Assembly: GCA_025361705.1 (NCBI GenBank)
Contig: JANYJW010000039.1
Location: forward strand, 16,231 to 80,230
DNA length: 64,000 nucleotides
Reading direction: 5' to 3'
Source: Gemmatimonas sp.
GTDB taxonomy: Bacteria > Gemmatimonadota > Gemmatimonadetes > Gemmatimonadales > Gemmatimonadaceae
Below, piece by piece: positions 36,914-47,329 of the stretch. Under the pieces are notes generated by a model. The model had not been told where the DNA came from, searched no databases, and saw only the letters and a list, made by a program, of their open reading frames with translations. A program made the translations under genes and the position numbers. Position 1 is the first letter of the stretch. Each line of letters begins with the position of its first letter.

Positions 36914-38101
36914 CTACGTGACGGTGGTCCGCACTCCCTCGAACGCGCGCCACGCCTCGTCACGCAGGATCGCGTCGATCTCGCCGACCACGCGCTCCAC
37001 CTCGGCGTCACTGGTATAGAAGTGGGGCGCCACGCGAATGCCCGCCCCGGGCCGGTAATCGATCACGACTTCGCGCGCGAGCAATGCCCGCGCGACCTCG
37101 GCTGCATGCGGCACGTCAAACGCCACCGTGCCGCCGCGCCACGTCTCGTCCCGTGGCGCCGACACGCGGTAGCCGCGCGCGTCCGCAAGGGCAATGAGCT
37201 GCGTGGTCTGGCGCACCGACTTCTCGCGCACCGCGTCCATGCCGGCGCGCCGCAGCACCCGTGGGCCCTCGATGTTGGCGTAGAGCGCCGGCACCACCGG
37301 CGTGCCACCCAGCCAGCGCCGGGCGCCGGCGGCGTGGTCCATGCCATCGGCAAAGGCAAACGGGTGCGCGTGCGCCTGCCACCCGGTGAGTGCGGGCGCC
37401 ACGCGTTCATTCATCGCCGGCGACGCCCACACAAAACTCCCGCCCGGCCCGCCGCACAACCACTTGAGCACGCCGCCGGCGTAGAAGTCGCAGCCGATGT
37501 CCCGCACGTCCACGGGAATGACGCCGACGGCGTGATAGCCATCGAGCGAGACCAGCGCGCCCACGGCATGCGCGTGCGCACAGATGCGTCGCACGTCCTG
37601 GATGGACGCCGAGCGGAACAGCACGTGCGAAATGGCCACCAGACGTGTGCGTTCATCGATGGCAGCGCACAGCCGGTCGATGTCGATGGTAAGACCATCG
37701 TCGCTCGGCACCACCACCACGCGCGCACCGAGACGCGGCGCCATGGCATCGATGGCGTAGCGCACCGACGGAAAGTCGAGTGCCGTCATCACCACGGCGT
37801 CGCGGGCCGCTGGATAGTCGAGCGCCGACAGCACCGCGACCTGCGACAGCGTGACCGTGGGAACCATTGCAACTTCCCCGGCACCCGCCCCCAGCAGCGG
37901 AGCGACTTCGTTCCCCACTGCCAGCGGCATGTCCCACCACCCGTCGGCCCACGCGCGCACGCCGCGCTCCGCCCACGCATCCACGTACGCCGCCAGCTGG
38001 TCGGGCACGCCGCGCGGCATCGCTCCCAGTGAATTGCTCACCAGGTAGCAGCAGCGTTCGAGGATGGGAAACTCGGCGCGAAAGGCGAGCAGCGCGTCCA
38101 T
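36914..38101 (-). CDS. kynU: Kynureninase (PLP-dependent, class V aminotransferase fold)
   Basis: FPILERCCYLVSNSLGAMP, the LDGYHAVG region, and the kynureninase-type VLKWLCGGPGG (PLP-Lys region). Start at ATG 38101, 5 nt after the permease stop. Confidence 0.8.
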   Translation of the reverse strand: MDALLAFRAEFPILERCCYLVSNSLGAMPRGVPDQLAAYVDAWAERGVRAWADGWWDMPLAVGNEVAPLLGAGAGEVAMVPTVTLSQVAVLSALDYPAARDAVVMTALDFPSVRYAIDAMAPRLGARVVVVPSDDGLTIDIDRLCAAIDERTRLVAISHVLFRSASIQDVRRICAHAHAVGALVSLDGYHAVGVIPVDVRDIGCDFYAGGVLKWLCGGPGGSFVWASPAMNERVAPALTGWQAHAHPFAFADGMDHAAGARRWLGGTPVVPALYANIEGPRVLRRAGMDAVREKSVRQTTQLIALADARGYRVSAPRDETWRGGTVAFDVPHAAEVARALLAREVVIDYRPGAGIRVAPHFYTSDAEVERVVGEIDAILRDEAWRAFEGVRTTVT

Positions 38102-38106
38102 GCGGC

Positions 38107-39426
38107 TTACTTGCGGCGGAAGAAGAAGAGCCCCGTGGCGGCCACCAGCACATACGCCACCGAGCGCCACTCGGCGGCAGTGATGCTCGTCAGCAGCCAG
38201 CCGATGACGACGCAGGTGAGGATGTGGATGGTCGGGCCGAGCGGCAGGTTGAAGGGCGTCGTGCCCTCGTTCTGCACGCCGCGCCGGCGCAGCTCCCACG
38301 CCGCCACGGCGCACATCGCGTAGAGCAGCAGCGCCGAGAGGTTGGCGAGCACGGCCAGCGCCTCGAACTCGTTGACGACGGCGAGCGCGCACACCACCAC
38401 CGACTGCAGCACGATGGCCAGCCACGGCGTGTGGAATGCCGGATGAATGGCGGCCATCTGCTTGGGCAAGAAGCCGTCGCGCGCAAAGGCGAAGAGCGCC
38501 CGCGGCACGGCGAGCGTCATGCCCGACATGTAGCCGAACGTTGAGATGGCAGCGCCGACGAGGAGCAGCAGCCGCCCCGGCGAACCCATCAGGCGTTCAG
38601 CGACCGCCGCCAGTGGAGCCGCCTTGGCGGCGGCCAGCGCATCGGCGCCCAGCACGCCTTGTGCGACGAGCTGAATGGCGAGGTACAGCACCGTGACGCC
38701 GATCATCGCGATGGCCAGTGCCCTGGGCACCGTGCGCGACGGGTCCTTCATTTCACCCGACGGCACCAGCGCGCTCTCCACGCCCGTAAAGGCGAAGATG
38801 AGGACGATGGCCGTGCGCGAGAACGACGCCGCAGCCGGCATGCTCGCCACCACCAGGTTGGCGGGGGCGATGGCCACGGCGCCCACGGCGACGAGCACGA
38901 GCAGCGGGAGCAGCTTCGCCACCGTCACCACGGAGATGAGCCGCGTGCCCTGCTTGACCCCGCGCACGTTGACGCCGGCGAGAAAGGCGAACGTGGCCGC
39001 GAGCACGAGGGCGCGCGGCACCGGCGCTGCGAGCGCGGGAATCAGCGTGCCGATGAAGCCCGCGTACGCGCTCGATACGGACGCCATGGCGGTGGTGCCG
39101 AGCAGCCAGAGCAGCACGCCGCTCATGAAGCCCGCGTAAGGGCCGAAGACGAGCTCGACATAGGCGTACGGCCCACCCGTCATCGAAACGCGACTCCCCG
39201 CCTCGGCGAACGTGAGCACGATGAGCCCCATGGCGACCGCGCAGATGACGTACACCAGCGGCGCGGACGGGCCGATGAGCCCGGTCACCGCGCCGGGAAG
39301 CCGGAAGATTCCTCCGCCCACGGTGGTGTTGAAGATCGCGGCGGCGAGGCCCCAGACGCCGATGGCGCGGGTAAGTCCGCGCTCTGCATCCAGGGGGGTC
39401 GAGGTCCGTGCGGCAGCGCTCATCAT
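38107..39426 (-). CDS. APC-superfamily amino-acid permease
   Basis: GVWGLAAAIFNTTVGGGIFRLPG signature and about 12 TM segments. Confidence 0.9.
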   Translation of the reverse strand: MMSAAARTSTPLDAERGLTRAIGVWGLAAAIFNTTVGGGIFRLPGAVTGLIGPSAPLVYVICAVAMGLIVLTFAEAGSRVSMTGGPYAYVELVFGPYAGFMSGVLLWLLGTTAMASVSSAYAGFIGTLIPALAAPVPRALVLAATFAFLAGVNVRGVKQGTRLISVVTVAKLLPLLVLVAVGAVAIAPANLVVASMPAAASFSRTAIVLIFAFTGVESALVPSGEMKDPSRTVPRALAIAMIGVTVLYLAIQLVAQGVLGADALAAAKAAPLAAVAERLMGSPGRLLLLVGAAISTFGYMSGMTLAVPRALFAFARDGFLPKQMAAIHPAFHTPWLAIVLQSVVVCALAVVNEFEALAVLANLSALLLYAMCAVAAWELRRRGVQNEGTTPFNLPLGPTIHILTCVVIGWLLTSITAAEWRSVAYVLVAATGLFFFRRK

Positions 39427-39494
39427 GGGGTCTGGTGGGGTGACGGAGGGAACGACGATTGGCTATCGTCGGTAAAGGTACCGAACGACTGATA

Positions 39495-39513
39495 CCCCTG
39501 CACCCTGCACCCC
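39495..39513 (+). repeat. cccctgcaccctgcacccc (repeat family 2 variant)
   Basis: Tandem cctgcac units, 11 nt upstream of the GTG at 39524. Confidence 0.6.
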
Positions 39514-39523
39514 GGAGCCTTTC

Positions 39524-39865
39524 GTGCGCCTCGTCCGCTTCGCTCTCGCCGCCGCACTCGCCGCCGCGCTCGCCGCGTCCACCCTCGCCACGCCGACCTT
39601 GGCACAGGGCGGCCATGCCCCATCGGTTTCCGGCGCTCCCGTGGTATCGCATGCTGCGGTCGGTGTGCATCGTGCCGTGAACGCGCCCGTACCCGCCGGC
39701 GCGCCCGCACCGTTCCGCCAGGATACCCGACAGAATCGCGCCATGATGTATGTGGGCGGCGCCGCGCTGCTCACTGGTGCCATCATCGGCGGCAGCGCCG
39801 GCGCGCTCATCAGCGTCGGTGGCGCCGTGGTGGGACTCTGGGGCCTGTACCAGTTCTTCCAGTAA
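39524..39865 (+). CDS. Small secreted/membrane protein with glycine-zipper C-terminus
   Basis: Signal peptide VRLVRFALAAALAAALAASTLATPTLAQ. C-terminal GGAALLTGAIIGGSAGALISVGGAVVGLWG. Confidence 0.6.
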   Translation: MRLVRFALAAALAAALAASTLATPTLAQGGHAPSVSGAPVVSHAAVGVHRAVNAPVPAGAPAPFRQDTRQNRAMMYVGGAALLTGAIIGGSAGALISVGGAVVGLWGLYQFFQ

Positions 39866-39902
39866 GGCCCGAGCCACCAGCGACGCGTCTCGAGACGGCG
39901 GC

Positions 39903-41018
39903 GTGACCTCCCCGTTCCGCACCGGCGTCCCGCCGCGCGTCGCACTCGCGCTCGGCGGCGGCGGACTGAAGGGCCTTGCGCACATCGGGGTGCTGCGCGC
40001 GCTTGAAGAGCGCGGCATCCGTCCGGTGGTCGTTGCCGGCACGAGCATCGGCGCGCTCATTGGGGCCTCGTATCTGCGCGGCACAACGATCGCAGCCATG
40101 GAGGAGCACGCGCTCGCCCTGCGCAAGCCCGATCTCTTCCGCGTGAATCATCTGGGCATGGTGATGAAGCGCATGCTGTCGCCGGCGCTGTATCTCGAGC
40201 AGCCGCTGCAGGACATCGTCGACGCGCTCGCGCCCGAGGGGACGTTTCGCGATCTCGCCATTCCGCTGCTCGTCAACACCGTGGACCTCGAGCGGGGCGC
40301 CCAGGTGACGTGGGGACTGCCCGGACTGCAGGATGTGCGCGTCACCGACGCCGTCTACGCGTCGTGTGCCCTGCCGGGGTTCTTCCCGCCCCGCGTCATC
40401 AAGGGACGCACCTGCGTGGACGGCGGCGTGATGGACAACGTCCCGGCGCTCATCGCCTCGCGCAACGTCGATGCCGTGATTGCCGTCGACGTCGGCAGCA
40501 CCAGCCTGACGGCGTCCCGCCGCATCAAAGACAAGGGCTTTGCTGCCATCTACATGCGGTCGGCGCAGGTGATGATGAAGTCGCTGCAGCAGCTCCAGCT
40601 CGCTTCGTGGAACGGCCCGCCGCTGCTGCTCGTGCGCCCCGCCGTCTGGAAGTACAACTGGTTCAGCTTCGTGCATACGCGCACGCTGATCGAGGCCGGC
40701 TACGTTGCGGCCTGCGAAGCACTCGACAGCGTTGGCGCGTCGCTGTATTCGTCCGGAGGCGTCTATCCGCGCCGACGGGTCGAGGTGAAGGTGGACCGCG
40801 CCGTGTGTACCGGCTGCGGCGTCTGCAGCACGCTCGCGCCTGCCATTATGCGGCTCGACGACGAGGGCAAGGCGGTCGTCCAGGGCGGCCCGTTCGAGTG
40901 GTCGCGCGCCGATGGCGCATTCGTCACCGAGTGCCCGGTGCAGGCCCTCGCCGTGGAGACCATTGGCGACGACGGCACGCGGCACCCGACCATGGAGTAC
41001 CGCGTCGTCAGCGAGTAG
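39903..41018 (+). CDS. Patatin-like phospholipase fused to a C-terminal 4Fe-4S ferredoxin-like domain
   Basis: Patatin motifs GGGGLKG, GTSIG (Ser nucleophile) and VDGGV (Asp). The C-terminal ~65 aa reads VDRAVCTGCGVCSTLAPAIMRLDDEGKAVV...ECPVQAL (CxxCxxC...CP). GTG start. Confidence 0.85.
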   Translation: MTSPFRTGVPPRVALALGGGGLKGLAHIGVLRALEERGIRPVVVAGTSIGALIGASYLRGTTIAAMEEHALALRKPDLFRVNHLGMVMKRMLSPALYLEQPLQDIVDALAPEGTFRDLAIPLLVNTVDLERGAQVTWGLPGLQDVRVTDAVYASCALPGFFPPRVIKGRTCVDGGVMDNVPALIASRNVDAVIAVDVGSTSLTASRRIKDKGFAAIYMRSAQVMMKSLQQLQLASWNGPPLLLVRPAVWKYNWFSFVHTRTLIEAGYVAACEALDSVGASLYSSGGVYPRRRVEVKVDRAVCTGCGVCSTLAPAIMRLDDEGKAVVQGGPFEWSRADGAFVTECPVQALAVETIGDDGTRHPTMEYRVVSE

Positions 41019-41080
41019 CGCGGCGCCCGCATGGCGGCCGGCCGGCCGGCCGCCGCCTCTCGCGCCGCTGATGCCCGCGC

Positions 41081-41086
41081 TATAAT
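41081..41086 (+). promoter_or_regulatory. Consensus TATAAT -10 hexamer upstream of acnA
   Basis: Exact TATAAT about 100 nt upstream of the acnA ATG in a GC-rich context. No convincing -35. Confidence 0.3.
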
Positions 41087-41182
41087 TGATGCAGCCTGGG
41101 CACCGTGCCGATACCTGTGCCCAGTGGCTCCGGCCATCACCCCGCCCATTCCAACCACCTCGGGCGACCAGACCCCACGGCC

Positions 41183-43894
41183 ATGGCATCCTCAAACAGC
41201 TTCGGAAGCCGCGCGACGCTCACTGTCGACGGCAAGACCTACACCTACTACCGGCTCGATGCCGTCGCCGGCCTTGCCGGCAGCACGGCCGCGACGCTGC
41301 CCTTCTCGCTCAAGGTGCTCCTCGAGAACCTGCTGCGCAACGAAGACGGCGCGTTCGTCAAGAAGCGCGACGTCGAGGCGCTGGCCACCTGGAACGTGAA
41401 GGCGCCAGTGGACCAGGAGATCGCGTTCCGCACCAGCCGCGTGCTGCTGCAGGACTTTACCGGCGTACCATGCGTGGTCGACCTTGCCGCGATGCGCGAT
41501 GCGCTCGCACACCTGGGCGGCGACGCCCGCAAGATCAACCCGCTGCAGCCGGTGGACCTCGTCATCGACCACTCGGTGCAGATCGACGAATACGGCACGG
41601 CCGATGCGTTCACCATCAACGTGGACCTCGAGTACCAGCGCAACTTTGAACGCTACCAGTTCCTGCGCTGGGGCCAGACGGCACTGAAGAATTTCCGCGC
41701 CGTCCCGCCGGGCACGGGCATCTGCCATCAGGTGAACCTGGAATACCTCGGGCAGGTGGTGTTCGTGAACGCAGAGACGGGCGAGGCCTACTGCGACTCG
41801 CTCGTCGGCACCGACTCGCACACGACGATGATCAACGGTCTCGGCGTGCTGGGCTGGGGCGTAGGCGGCATTGAAGCCGAGGCGGCCATGCTGGGCCAGC
41901 CCGTGTCGATGCTCATTCCCGAAGTGATCGGCTTCAAGCTCACCGGCACGCTTCCTGCCGGCGCCACGGCAACGGACCTCGTGCTCACGTGCACCGAGAT
42001 GCTCCGCAAGAAGAAGGTGGTCGGCAAGTTCGTCGAGTACTTCGGCGACGGCCTCGCCTGCCTGTCGCTGGCCGATCGCGCGACGATTGCCAACATGGCG
42101 CCCGAATATGGCGCGACCATGGGCTTCTTCCCCGTCGACGTCGAGACGCTCAAGTACCTGCGCCTCTCCGGCCGCGACGAGCATCACGTGCAGCTGGTCG
42201 AGGCGTACTGCAAGGCGCAGGGGCTCTTCCGCGAGGTCGGGGCGCCGGACCCGGTGTACACCGACACGCTGACGCTCGATCTCTCCACCGTCGTGCCGTC
42301 ACTCGCGGGCCCCAAGCGTCCGCAGGACCGCATTCCACTGACGCAGATGAAGGCCAGCTACGGCACGGCGCTCGCCGCGCACCTCGAGCAGCAGGCGCAG
42401 GCCGCCGCATCCAAGAACCTGCCGGCGCCCGTGTCGGTGCCGCAGCACCTCGCGCATCGCGGCCGCGAGTTCGACCTCATCGATGGCGCGGTGGTGATTG
42501 CCGCCATCACGAGCTGCACCAATACGTCCAATCCGAGCGTCATGCTCGCCGCCGGCCTCGTGGCGCAGAAGGCCGTCGCCCGCGGACTCGCCAGCAAGCC
42601 GTGGGTCAAGACGTCGCTCGCCCCGGGTTCCAAGGTGGCCAAGGACTACTTCGACAAGGCCGGCGTACAGCCCGCGCTCGATGCACTCGGCTTCCAGATT
42701 GCCGGCTACGGCTGCACGACGTGCATCGGCAACTCCGGGCCGCTGCCCGAGGCGATCAGCAAGGGCATCGACGACGGCAAGCTGACGGTGGCTGCGGTGC
42801 TCAGTGGCAACCGCAACTTCGAGGGGCGTGTGAACCCGCAGACGCGCTTCAACTACCTCGCGTCGCCCCCGCTGGTGGTCGCCTATGCGCTGGCCGGACG
42901 CGTCGACATCGATTTCGACGCCGAGCCGATCGGGACGGCGACGGACGGCACGCCCGTCTTCTTGCGCGACCTCTGGCCGTCGGCCAAGGAAGTCGAGGAC
43001 GTGGTGCTCTCGAGCGTCAAGCGCGAGTACTTCGTCAACCAGTACGCCGACGCCTTTGGCGGCGACGAACACTGGAAGGCCATCAAGGCACCGACGGGCG
43101 ATCGCTACGCGTGGGACGACAAGTCCACCTACGTCAAGCACCCGCCGTACTTCGAGGGCATGACGATGACGCCGCCGGGTGTGCAGCCGATCGGTGGCGC
43201 GCGCGTGCTCGGCATGTTCGCCGACTCCATCACCACCGATCACATCTCACCGGCGGGGTCGATCGCCGAGAAGTCGCCGGCGGGCGTCTGGCTCAAGTCG
43301 CTGGGCGTGGCAAAGGCCGACTTCAACTCGTACGGCGCGCGGCGCGGCAACCACGAAGTGATGATGCGCGGCACCTTTGCCAACATCCGCCTCAAGAACG
43401 AACTGACCCCCGGCATGGAAGGGTGGTGGACGCGCACTGCACCGGGCGCCGAGCCGACGTCGTTCTTTGATGCGAGCGAGACGTACCGCACCGCGGGCAC
43501 GCCGCTGGTGATCATCGCCGGCAAGGAGTATGGCACCGGGTCGTCGCGCGACTGGGCGGCCAAGGGCACCATGCTGCTTGGCGTGCGCGCGGTCATCGCC
43601 GAGTCGTTCGAGCGCATCCATCGGTCCAACCTGGTGGGCATGGGTGTGTTGCCGTGCGAGTTCACCAACGGCGAAACACGCCAGACGCTGGGCCTCACCG
43701 GCTTCGAGGTCATCACCCTCGTCGGCATGAGCGACACCATGTCGCCGCGCGCGGCGCTGACGGTACAGGCCGTGGGCGCGGACGGCAGTGCGAAGACGTT
43801 CCAGGTGCGCAGCCGCATTGACACGCCCGAAGAGCTCAACTACTTCAGGCACGGCGGCATCCTGCCGTACGTGTTGCGCAATCTGGCGAAGTAG
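41183..43894 (+). CDS. acnA: Aconitate hydratase A
   Basis: 903 aa. VLLQDFTGVP, GTDSHTTM, ITSCTNTSNP, GCTTCIGNSG and SSRDWAAKG are signature segments. Confidence 0.95.
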   Translation: MASSNSFGSRATLTVDGKTYTYYRLDAVAGLAGSTAATLPFSLKVLLENLLRNEDGAFVKKRDVEALATWNVKAPVDQEIAFRTSRVLLQDFTGVPCVVDLAAMRDALAHLGGDARKINPLQPVDLVIDHSVQIDEYGTADAFTINVDLEYQRNFERYQFLRWGQTALKNFRAVPPGTGICHQVNLEYLGQVVFVNAETGEAYCDSLVGTDSHTTMINGLGVLGWGVGGIEAEAAMLGQPVSMLIPEVIGFKLTGTLPAGATATDLVLTCTEMLRKKKVVGKFVEYFGDGLACLSLADRATIANMAPEYGATMGFFPVDVETLKYLRLSGRDEHHVQLVEAYCKAQGLFREVGAPDPVYTDTLTLDLSTVVPSLAGPKRPQDRIPLTQMKASYGTALAAHLEQQAQAAASKNLPAPVSVPQHLAHRGREFDLIDGAVVIAAITSCTNTSNPSVMLAAGLVAQKAVARGLASKPWVKTSLAPGSKVAKDYFDKAGVQPALDALGFQIAGYGCTTCIGNSGPLPEAISKGIDDGKLTVAAVLSGNRNFEGRVNPQTRFNYLASPPLVVAYALAGRVDIDFDAEPIGTATDGTPVFLRDLWPSAKEVEDVVLSSVKREYFVNQYADAFGGDEHWKAIKAPTGDRYAWDDKSTYVKHPPYFEGMTMTPPGVQPIGGARVLGMFADSITTDHISPAGSIAEKSPAGVWLKSLGVAKADFNSYGARRGNHEVMMRGTFANIRLKNELTPGMEGWWTRTAPGAEPTSFFDASETYRTAGTPLVIIAGKEYGTGSSRDWAAKGTMLLGVRAVIAESFERIHRSNLVGMGVLPCEFTNGETRQTLGLTGFEVITLVGMSDTMSPRAALTVQAVGADGSAKTFQVRSRIDTPEELNYFRHGGILPYVLRNLAK

Positions 43895-43901
43895 GGCACG
43901 A

Positions 43902-44789
43902 CTGCAGACAACCGTCATCGTCAATCCGGCCTCGGGCCGCGGCGCGGGAGCGCGGATGTTGCCGCGCCTCACCGCGCTGTTTGCCGCGCACGGCATCACC
44001 GACGTGCGCACGACGTCGGCGCCAGGCGATGAGGCGCGCGTGGTTGGCGAGGCCGTACGCGACGGGGCGACCACCATCGCCGTCGCGGGCGGCGATGGCA
44101 CGTGGGGCAAGTGCGCCGTGGCGCTCGCACGCCTCGGCGCGCCGGCGCGCATGGCGTTCCTGGCGAACGGCACCGGCAACGACTTCGCCAAGAACCTGCC
44201 CATGCCGGCCACCGACCACGCCGCGATGGCCGCGCTCATTGCGCACGGCACGCGCGAGCAGCGCGTGGACCTTGGCCGCATCGACGACCAGTGGTTCCTC
44301 AACGTGGCCGGGTTCGGATTCGACGTCGAGGTGAACGTCGATGCGCTGCGATCAAGGGGCCGGCTGCGCGGCAATGTGATCTACATTGCGTCGGCGCTCA
44401 AATTGCTGCTGCGCTACCGGGGCTTTGTCGCCTCAGCGGATATCTTCGCCGACGCAACGCCCCGCCTGCGGATGATGTTCATCATCTCGAACGGCAAGAA
44501 CTTCGGCGGCGCGTTTCTCATCGCGCCCAGTGCCCGCGTCGACGATGGGCTGCTCGATTTCATCAGCATTGGCGACGTGCGCGGCCTCGCACGCCTCCCG
44601 CTTTTTGCGCGGGCATTTCGCGGCGCCCACCTGTCGCACCCCAAGGTCGAGGCGATGCGCGCCGCGGCCGCGACCCTCACGTTCGATGCGCCGCCAACCA
44701 TCCAACTGGATGGCGACCTCGTGCAGGCGACCAGCGCGACGGTGCATATTGGCGTCGTGCCCGGCGCACTCCGCGTACTTGTCGGCTAG
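43902..44789 (+). CDS. Diacylglycerol-kinase-catalytic-domain lipid kinase (YegS/BmrU-like)
   Basis: IVNPASGRG and AVAGGDGTWG motifs. There is no ATG/GTG/TTG near the expected N-terminus, so CTG 43902 is provisional. Confidence 0.75.
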   Translation: MQTTVIVNPASGRGAGARMLPRLTALFAAHGITDVRTTSAPGDEARVVGEAVRDGATTIAVAGGDGTWGKCAVALARLGAPARMAFLANGTGNDFAKNLPMPATDHAAMAALIAHGTREQRVDLGRIDDQWFLNVAGFGFDVEVNVDALRSRGRLRGNVIYIASALKLLLRYRGFVASADIFADATPRLRMMFIISNGKNFGGAFLIAPSARVDDGLLDFISIGDVRGLARLPLFARAFRGAHLSHPKVEAMRAAAATLTFDAPPTIQLDGDLVQATSATVHIGVVPGALRVLVG

Positions 44790-44798
44790 GCCTGCGGC

Positions 44799-46748
<1,950 letters not shown>

Positions 46749-46797
46749 CGGGGATGCAAGAGGTTCTGTCTGTTCGACGCCGGCCGAAGCGTTGTCG

Positions 46798-47220
46798 TTA
46801 GGCCGAGGTCAATTTGCGCAGGGCGGCGCGCGCCGTCTCGCGCTGTCCCCACGTCGGCGTCATTTCGCGGCCTGCAGCAATGCACTTGGACTCCGGCATG
46901 GCGGTGGACGGGGCACCCATTGGCAGCCATGCCGTGACGCATCGCATGACGGCCTCTCCCTCGTCGCGCGTCCAGCCGACCGTGGCCCCCGGGGCCAATG
47001 GGGCGGCCGACGACGTCCGTGGCGCACTGGCCGGCGGCGGCGATGCCGCGCCGCCGCCGGCCACCACCTGCGCGCGAATCAGCTCGGCGGCTTCCCGCAC
47101 GAAGATGCCAGAGCGCGATTTCGCCGTCTCCGACCGCACCTCGCCGCGATACAACGCGTGCACCGACGCCTCAACCTGCGTGGCCAGTCTGCCCAGTACG
47201 TCGATGATCTCGTCCGCCAT
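46798..47220 (-). CDS. Hypothetical protein
   Basis: ATG with a plausible helical N-terminal half, lying upstream of the kinase on the same strand. No domain recognised. Confidence 0.45.
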   Translation of the reverse strand: MADEIIDVLGRLATQVEASVHALYRGEVRSETAKSRSGIFVREAAELIRAQVVAGGGAASPPPASAPRTSSAAPLAPGATVGWTRDEGEAVMRCVTAWLPMGAPSTAMPESKCIAAGREMTPTWGQRETARAALRKLTSA

Positions 47221-47329
47221 GCGTCCTCCAGCCGACCGGTCGCCGGCAACCTTATTGCCATGCGGGGTGTTTACCCCTTACATAGGAACTTCGTCACACG
47301 CAGCGTCCTTTACCAGAGGAGCAGCATTG

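Noticed and set aside
41117-41130. IRE-like CAGUGG sequence in the acnA leader
   Set aside because: The CAGTGG is not placed in a hairpin loop with flanking complementary arms or a bulged C, so it does not form an iron-responsive-element structure.
43788-43901. The ORF-track start (43788) for the lipid kinase, overlapping acnA by 107 nt
   Set aside because: The extension is Arg/Ser/Cys-rich off-frame translation of acnA, and DAGK-family proteins begin only a few residues before the IVNPxSG motif.
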